The translations under genes and the position numbers were made by a program. Below the pieces are notes generated by a model, which did no database searches, was not told the DNA's origin, and saw nothing but the letters and a program-made list of their open reading frames with translations. Of a stretch of DNA of 64,000 nucleotides, positions 27,808-36,800 are shown one piece after another; position 1 is the first letter of the stretch, and every line of letters starts with the position of its first letter. This DNA is from Bugula neritina. Lineage: Eukaryota; Animalia; Bryozoa. Where the stretch lies: NCBI GenBank assembly GCA_964035545.1, contig OZ037765.1, positions 24,427,504 through 24,491,503 on the forward strand, read 5' to 3'.

Positions 27808-30800
27808 ATGGCCGAGAGACTTGGTAGGTGTTCCTTCTAATTTTGCTAAAAGAAAAATGAAATAAAAACTGCGATTTCAAGATTATTTTGCGCATAAAAA
27901 GATTATTTGTCATTACTAGTCGATCAATATATTGGACTTGGTATTTGACTCTTGTGTATGCACTACTTCTGTCACTCACAGTCACTGTACTGAATTAAAT
28001 CCAATAACTGAATAAATATTAGTATAACTATAACAACTACAAATTCATAAAGTTAAACAAGTACCTCATTTTGAGACTGATGTTCAACTTGAACTTGAGA
28101 TTCATATTCATATTGATATTTATATTATTATTGTTGATAATATTAATCCTGAAACTCAAGCAGCTAAATAGTAACACTAGCACTAATAGAAATACTAGCA
28201 GTAGCGCTATTAAGTATGACTATAAGTATAATTATAACTATAAGGTACTGGTAGTGGTAGTACTAGTAGTAGTAGTGATACTTATACTTATAGATCTAGT
28301 TTAATATTATACTAATACTGATGGTAATACTACTATTAAGTATTAACAGTAACTCTAATGTCTAAACCTAATAATAGTAATACTAAGTCTAATACTAATA
28401 CTAATAGTAAGTTTGCTGCTTTGAAAATGACCCTTAAATTAAATAGATTATTGGCATAATAGCTAAATAAGCTATTGCTTTTTATTTTTAATTAGTAAAA
28501 ATAATACTGCTAGTAGTAGTACTACTAATAGTAATTGGCAGCTACTAATGTGATAGTTTTGTGGATTGTGAATGAAACTAGTGCTGTTACATGCTTGTAT
28601 GAGAAACAAGGCGAGAAATAAGGTAGAATGTAGATAATCTTTATTGTAGTATAGTCCGAGTGAATCAATGGTCTTTATCCAGCGAGCTCCAGTAGTAGAC
28701 TGAACTATACTGGAACTCGCTGGCTTTTATATACATGCAGGACAAAGACATTCCTTTGTTTGCCGAGATCGGAGACCCGAAATACCGAATATCGGCATTT
28801 CGGGGATCCGAAACGCCGAATCCGGCATTTCGGTACTTCGGTATTCCGATATGCCGAGAATCGGCATATCGGTGTTTCGGAGGACCGAAGTACCGATCTC
28901 GGCAACAAAGGACACACACACACAACATAAATTTACCACACACACCCCCCATCGGAAAGCATGCTTTCCGATAAAGAGGCGTACACAACACAAACACACA
29001 ACAGGGAATGACACGACAATAAAACACACAGTTGAAAGTAACACACGAAAAAAAAATATGGTAAACATGCAGTGATAGTAATAATACAATGATAACACAC
29101 AAAAAAAACAGGGAAGATTTGTGCACACACAAAAAAACAGAGCATGAATAGGTACATGCATTACATGAAGAACTTACACATAAACAAACAAAGAATAAGA
29201 GTAGAAAAGAAAAGAAAAACTATACAAATAGTCTCAGCGGCGGTCGCCAGATCGACCCCGCTCCAGGCGGCTAACTCGTCTCCGGAGTTGCCCCAGCTCC
29301 TCTTCATATCTGCGGAGCTGCCGGCGTAACTGGTGAACCTCCTCTGCCAACTGAGCTGACGTCTGGTGCCTAGGGCGGTCGGTAGTACCACGGGCAGGAC
29401 GTCGCTGGCGGTGCGTCTGCTTCTCGCCCGCCGCCGAGGGTCGGGGGCCCAGGTCCGATGAATCGGCCCTGGCACCTGATCCGACCCGTGCCAGCATGAC
29501 CCGAAGTGGCTGGGTGGCTGCCGGTTGGGGTGTCGCGGCGGGCTCCCCTTCTTCCTCCCGAACAGGCCTACACGCGGGGAATCCCAGGGCGAGAGCAGCC
29601 CGTTTGTGGGGATCCGCCACGTGTGGCAGCACCAGGTCCCGAAATTCGGGAAAGGAGGCCTGGTCTACAGCAAACGTGTAGCCCGTGTGGCAGTGAGCTA
29701 TGCGCTGATGTCTCAACACATAGTCTCTCTGGTAGGAGAACTCCCCACACGGGCAAAACACGTTGATGTAATGCTGAGGGGCGTGTACGCGCAACCGCCG
29801 TGCAGAGGAGAATTTCCTCTTACACTCATGGCAGATGCGGTTGCCCGGCTCACCGCAAGCATCACCAATTTTTAGGTTGGTGGGTCCAGTCACCCAATAC
29901 TGGCGGGCGACCAGGGCCCGAGGCAGGGCCAGTATTGGGGAGGCATCTTCTTCTGCTGGCAGGTGGTCGCCGTGTAGGATGCCCTGCTCCTCCCCGGCCG
30001 TGAGCTGAAGCTCGACCGGTTTGGGGTCAGGGCCAACCATGGCGGAACACACCTCTGTGGAGGAGGTGGCGGCCTGCTGGCTGGTAGAAGCCGAAGCAAG
30101 GCCCGGTGGGGGAGGGGAGTCGGACCGACTGGCCTCCTCAACGTCCATTCGCTCCTCTAGAATAGATAGTAGAGGCTGTGAGAAGCCGGTCTCACTATCG
30201 CCGAAATTCGGCACAGGTGTGAATGGAGATAAGTTAAAAACCGAGGGCCGAGGTGTATCGCAGAAATTGACTGAGCCTACATCGTGATTCAACAATGTAT
30301 CAATGGCAGAGTCATCTCCGAGATCCATCTCGGCCTCCGGTCCTAAGATATCAGAACCAAGTAAATCTAGTAAAGACCAGTCTACTGTAGTTTGATTAGA
30401 CTCCGCAACTGGAGGATCTAATCTAGACGAAATACCTGATTGTGTATCTGGTAGAGTGATCCCCATAGCCGCTGATAGCGTACGGAGAATAGTGGTAAAA
30501 TCAAAATGAGTATTAGAATCAGAATTTAGTTTGAGTTGCAACTGCCGTGCGAGCTGTGTGAAGTCAGAATGAGAAATGGCCGAACCTCGTGCTTCAGAAG
30601 TTTTACCTGCTGAAGCCCGAGTCGCGTGGCCCGTGGGAATTTCCCCCGGATTTCGAGAAGACAACTCGCGTGATCGAGTGTCTTCCGAAATTCGGTCGGC
30701 CATTTCTTCTTCTTGGTGGAATTCTCCGGGGTGATGGAGGGAATTTCCAACCAAGATGGGGTGGCAGTCAGTGTGGGGGGGTCTTCCTCAGGAGGGGGCC

Positions 30801-33800
30801 CCTCCAGGTGTCCTACAGCATAGTCTGCCAGGTATCTGGGAGGTCTTCTTGGCCGCTGGCTCCTCTCAAGTGGAACAGACTCTGGTGGTGTTGGTGGCTC
30901 CTGGGCTACCCTGGTAGGGGGGTCCCCGTCTTCACCCCGTACGGGGGTGGGGGTGTCCTCCCCCGGAAAGGGTTGTGAGCCAAGGGCTTGCTGCTGTTCC
31001 TGCTCCCGCTCCGCTCTCTGCTGTCGCTCCAGCTGCTCTATCAGGGCGGCTTGCTCCTGGTCTGCCTCCCTGGGGACCATGATCTCCACCTCACGGGGCC
31101 GGGTGGCCCGTCCACGACGGTTGGGCTGACGGTGGGGCTCCAAGAGGGGTGGAGCCTGACCCACCGCGTCTGGGCTGGCATGGTAAGGTTTGAGGCGCTG
31201 CTCGCTCTGGACAGAGACCTGCCCAGAGCGCTCCACACGGTATGTGTGGTTGGGCAGCACCTCTACTACGCAGTAGGGGCCGACGAACTTGGGCTGAAGC
31301 TTAGCCGACTGTCCACGCCGCCTACGGTAACTCACCATCCAGACCCAGTCTCCCACTTGGTACAACGGGGGCTCCTCTGAGTCCTCGGTGCGGGTCTGCC
31401 ACTGCTGGGTGCGCAGCGCATCATGAGCTTTGCCCATGATGTCCATCAGACCCTCCACATATTCGTGTACCGGTGACTCGGGGGCAGGAACATGGTACGT
31501 CAGGTGTTCCGGGACCCGCGTCTCCCGGCCTAACATCAGGAAGTTTGGGGTCTCCTGCGTGGCGGAGTGTGGTGTGCTGCGGTAAGCCCGCATGATCTGC
31601 GGCAGCACCACGTCCCATTCTTCCTGACCTCGACCAAGCAGCAGGCTCCGGAGCGCGTCACCCAACATCCTGTTGTTCCGCTCGACGACTCCGTTCCCTT
31701 GCGGGTGATATGGGGTGGTCCGACTCTGGTTCACCCCCCATATCCGGCAGAGGTCTCCCATGAGCTGGGACTGGAACTGGGCACCCTGGTCTGTATGTAT
31801 CTGCTCGGGCAAACCGAGGTAACAGAATACATGTTGGTCCAGGGTCCGGGCCACCGTGGGGGCGGTGGCGTCTGGAATAGCCAGAGCATCTGCCCACCGG
31901 GTAAAGTGGTCCGTGAGCATCAGTATCCAGTTGTTTCCTCTGGCGGATAACGGCATAGGCCCGACGAGGTCTACCGCCACTACTTGCCACGGTCGACCAG
32001 CGTACAGCCGGCGTCGACCAGTGGTTTCCGTGGGGCGGCCATGCTTGCTAGCTTGGCAGACCTCGCATTGCCGTACCCGCAGTCGTACGTCCCGAGTCAT
32101 TCCGGGCCAATACCAACGCAGCCGCAGACACCTGATGACCCGACTGACTCCAGCATGAGCCTGCTTATGGGTGTCCCAGATCAGTTCCCGCCGGAGGGCG
32201 CGTGGACAGACGACGCGGTCCCTCTTCTGCTGGCGGTTGTCTGCTGCTAACGTTATCATCAGGAGGCCATCAGGACTGACCTTGAGGGCATCCCAGCGAC
32301 GACAGAGGAGTTGGAACTCAACGTCTCCCTGCCGCTGCTGTTCCTCGCTAGGTCGTCGGCCCTCATTCTTGGCCTGGAAGATGTCCGCTACCGCGCCGGG
32401 TAGCGTCTCCTGGAGTCGGCACAGCTCCTTGACGTTCTGGTGCAGAGTAGGGTTGGCGTGGAGCGCCTGGACACCGTCCTGGTGGGTTTCGGTCCGAAGA
32501 TGGCCGTGCTCCCACCGGTAGGCGGTGCCCTCCACTAGCTCTGTTTCCACGTCAAGGCGAGCGGGTCCCCCGTCCCGCTGTTCGATGTGCAGGCATTGCT
32601 TACAGTCCTCTACCGGCCGGCGGCTCATGCCGTCGGCGTTCCCATGCTTCCGGCCTGCACGGTGCTCTATACGGTAAGAGAACTCGGCAAGAATCTCTAG
32701 CCAACGAGCTACCTGGCTCGAGGGCTCTGCACGTTTACACAGCCATATCAGTGATGCATGGTCTGTTCGCAAACGGAACGATTTCCCATACAGATATGGC
32801 CGAAAGTGCTTGACCGCCTTGACTACTGCTAGGAGTTCCTTCCTAGTGGTGCAGTAGTTCTTCTCGGCGGCCGCGAGAGTCTTGCTATAGTAAGCCACGA
32901 CCACCTCACTTCCACCCTGGACTTGAGACAGGACGGCTCCCACGCTGTGGTCGCTGGCGTCGGTGTCCAGGATGTACTCCTTGGCTGGATCAGGATACGC
33001 CAGGATTGGCGCTTCCATTAGCCGTTGCTTGAGGTGGTCGAATGCCTGCTGCTCCTCCTGTGTCCACTGCCACCGGACTCCCTTGGCGGTCAGCCGATTT
33101 AACGGCTGAGCCACTCCTGCGAAACCAGGTATGTACTGCCGGTAGTACCCTACGAGGCCCAGGAATGCACGCAACTCAGGGAGGTCGCGGGGAACAGTCC
33201 ACTCCTTCACAGCTTGTACCTTCTCTGGATCGGTAGCGACCCCATCACGGCCAACCACATGGCCCAGGTATGTGACTTCTGGCTGCAGGAGTGCGCACTT
33301 GGAGGGCTTCAGCTTCAGTCCGGCTGCCCGGAGACGGTCAAAGACCTCCCGCAGACGACTGACATGAGTCGAGAAGTCTGGGGAGATGACAATGACATCG
33401 TCCAGATAGATGAGGAGGGTCTTCCAGTGTAACCCACTGAGGACTTGCTCCATGAGCCGTTGGAATGTTGCCGGAGCGGACGTTAGTCCGAATGGCAGTA
33501 CTTTCCACTTCCAGAGCCCGTCGCGAGTAATGAATGCTGCTTTGTCCTGGGCATCAGGACTGAGGGGCACTTGCCAGTACCCGCTAAGCAGATCCAAAGT
33601 ACTGAAGTACTTGCTACCCGCGAGGGCATCTAGAGACTCATCTATCCGTGGGAGAGGGTAGGCGTCCTGGATGGTGGCGTTGTTGAGTCTGCGGTAGTCT
33701 ACGCAGAATCTCCAGCTACCATCCTTCTTCTTGACCAAGACCACTGGGGAGCTCCACGCACCGTGGGCAGGCTCAATCAGATCCCGGTCCAGAAGATCCT

Positions 33801-36800
33801 GTACCTGTCGGCTCACCTCCTTCTCCTTCTCCGGGCCCAGACGTCGGGTAGGCTGCCTGATGGGAGTGGTGTCGGCTGCCAGGGGTATCTCGTGAGAGAT
33901 AACCTTAGTCAGCCCCATGTCTCTATCGCCACGACTAAAGACATCACTGTACTCCGCGAGTAGTTGAGCCAGTACTTGGCGTTCAGTACTACTCGTACAG
34001 TTTCCGCATGCTCCGTCATACAGGTCAGCCAGATGCTCCGGGACTGCTTCTCGTCTGGTGTGAGGGGGGGTTTCCCTGGTTGTCGGCCACTGTCTCCAGT
34101 GCCGGACCCACATCCGCTTCCTGGATGGAGTGGTACTTCCCCACCAGCGCTCCAGCCGATAGTTGGACAGGTTCCGTGAAGGGGTTGATGCACTGCACGA
34201 GGAGCTCTTGCCGACAATCTAGCCGATTCAGGCTGTTTGCTAGTCGGATGGCTCCGTGCGTTCCTTCAACCATCCCCAGGCCGGCGATCCCCTTGCAGTT
34301 GACTCTACATCGGAGAGTCGCCTGGGACCTCCCCGGAACTGTGCAGTCCCGTACTACCTGGACTCCGCCCACCAAGGGCCTGCCAAACTTGTCAACACAG
34401 ACAAGTTCCTTCCCAGCCATCACCACCACTGACTTCTGGAAATCCATGTGGCACTGGTGTTTCTCCAGGAAGGGCATTCCCAAGATGGCGTCCTCCTTCA
34501 GCTGGCTGACGATAAACGTCTCGTGAACTGCTTGATCACGGACGCGTCCAGGTAGTGAGATGACGCCGTAGAAAGGAATGCATGATCCGTCCGCCAACGT
34601 ACCATGCGCACCTTCATACGGCTCGAGGCTCGCCCGCTCTCGTGCACCAAGGGTGTCAAAGAGACGCCTACTCAGCAGGTTGGTAGTGCACCCAGTATCC
34701 AGTAGGAATGTGGCAGCTTTACCCGAAATCTTTCCGGGCAGGAAGTAGCTGCTTCCATACGGCTGGGTGCTCCTGGAGCGGTCAGTCTCTGGGGGAGACA
34801 CGACTTGGGTCCGCACAGCGGGCCTCCTCTTCGTCTTAGAGACAACGGGGGTTTTCTGAGGTCGGGAGGGTAGCTTGGGATACTCTTGCGAGTAAGCTGA
34901 ATCCTCCTCCACAACCTCCTCGGGCAACCCCGCGAACCGGTTACGGAGTGGCCAGGCTGGAGGATCGGGTAGACCTTGCGGCCTCCGAGATCTCCGAGGT
35001 GCCTGCCATCCGGTTTCTTCTAGTTCCATCCGGGTATCGAGTGGCAGGGCAGGAGGATCGGGTAGGCCTTTCGGTCTCCGAGATCTCCGGTTTGCGTGCC
35101 ACTCGATATAGGTCGACTCTGGAGAGGTCTCTTCTACTGTCTTCCGAGTCCTATCCCGGACCGGATTGGCATGGGGCCCACGGGTGGCGGAATTCACCGT
35201 GAGCCTCGGGTGTTTAAAGGCTTCTGTCCCTTAGGGCAGTGCCTTCTCACATGTCCTGGCATCCCGCACTCCCAGCAAGTGGGCATAGGGGGGCGGACAG
35301 GGTCGTCCCGCGAGCGGGGAGCCCGCCTGTCCGTCTGGTTGCGCTGCAACTCCGTCACTGTAGCCTGCAGGCCTTTCATCATGCTCATCAGCATGTTGAG
35401 CTGCGTCTGCTCAGGTGACGGGGTAGCTGCTGCTGCCACTTGTGGGGTTGGGGGTATCTCTTCTGCATCTCCGGCCACCTGGCGAGCTGCGTAGTTCGCC
35501 CTCCGTGGCTCTTCCACCTGGAAGTAGGCCTTCCCCATCTCTAGTGCTTCGTCCAGGCTCTTGACTTTTGCGGCTAGCCAGTACCGCTGGAGGTCCGGGT
35601 GGTTCACACTCCGGAAGAACGCGTTAAAAACGAGGCGCTTCCGATCGTCGCCAGTGGCGTGACCGAAAGCAGCCTGAGCCAGGCGCTCTACCTCGTTAGC
35701 GTGATCTTCCAGAGATGTCCTTCGGTCTCTCCTCATCACTTGTAGCTGGTCTGACGCCTCTTCCGTGGTCAACCCGAACCGGGCCCTAAGAGCCCGCAGG
35801 ATGTGGGCTTCGTCGGGTCCCAGTGCGAAGTTCCTGGCCCGGCCTGTCAGACAGGCCCGGAGTTGGAGGACGCGCACCCGTACTGGCCATTCAGCGGTGG
35901 CGGCCACGTCCTCGAACTCCTTGATGAACTGTTCCACGTCTCCATCTCCTCCGAAAGTCGGGGGCTGGAGGCGATACCTGTCACCAGGTGCTGCCTGTCC
36001 TTGCCCCCGCAATCCCTGGAGGGCTGTGACCAGCGCCTCAATAGTGAGGGCTGGTGGTGCTGCTGCCTCAGGGGCTGGGTCCCCTGGGGCCATCCTATTT
36101 CTCTTAGCAACTAGCTATTCGTAGAATCCCACCGCTGCCACCAATGTGATAGTTTTGTGGATTGTGAATGAAACTAGTGCTGTTACATGCTTGTATGAGA
36201 AACAAGGCGAGAAATAAGGTAGAATGTAGATAATCTTTATTGTAGTATAGTCCGAGTGAATCAATGGTCTTTATCCAGCGAGCTCCAGTAGTAGACTGAA
36301 CTATACTGGAACTCGCTGGCTTTTATATACATGCAGGACAAAGACATTCCTTTGTTTGCCGAGATCGGAGACCCGAAATACCGAATATCGGCATTTCGGG
36401 GATCCGAAACGCCGAATCCGGCATTTCGGTACTTCGGTATTCCGATATGCCGAGAATCGGCATATCGGTGTTTCGGAGGACCGAAGTACCGATCTCGGCA
36501 ACAAAGGACACACACACACAACATAAATTTACCACACTAAGTCTAAAAGTATCTACGTTAGTAGTAGGTGATAATAGTAGTCTAATGGTTATTTTGAAAC
36601 TGAATCACACTCACAATGGCAATACCAATAGACATGTTAATGAAACTTTATAATTATAATAATATTACTAATGCTTAATTATTTGATAATATTATTTTAA
36701 TAATAGTATTAATAGTTATGGTATTTAAACTTGTTAGTGGTATGGTTTTATTATATATTTAAATAGTAGTTTTTATAGGGTAATGATTCATAAAATGAAA

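Larger units (their letters stand above)
28549..36536 (-). mobile_element. Full-length Ty3/Gypsy LTR retrotransposon (7988 bp) with an extra 3' ORF
   Basis: Two 392-bp LTRs with TG...CA ends; 4-bp TSD CTAA (28545-28548, 36537-36540); PBS; PPT; gag, PR-RT-RH-IN domain order; sharp GC rise relative to host DNA. Confidence 0.98.

Noticed and set aside
28761-28905. CRISPR-like array
   Set aside because: Eukaryotic LTR; 8-bp units with no unique spacers and no cas genes.
28665-29161. Several overlapping short ORFs in and around the LTRs (also 36261-36653)
   Set aside because: By-products of the stop-poor CCGA repeat array and TG-rich UTR; no domain signal.
29234-30754. ORF3 as an env gene
   Set aside because: No signal peptide, fusion peptide or transmembrane anchor; it has zinc-finger and zipper motifs instead.
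34070-34076. Clean second -1 frameshift (G_GGA_AAC) joining pro to pol
   Set aside because: As assembled, pol is +1 relative to pro; a -1 shift leads to a short frame ending at 33909. Kept only as a conditional finding.
30589-36124. Many plus-strand and alternate-frame ORFs in the retrotransposon
   Set aside because: Expected shadow ORFs of GC-rich coding sequence.
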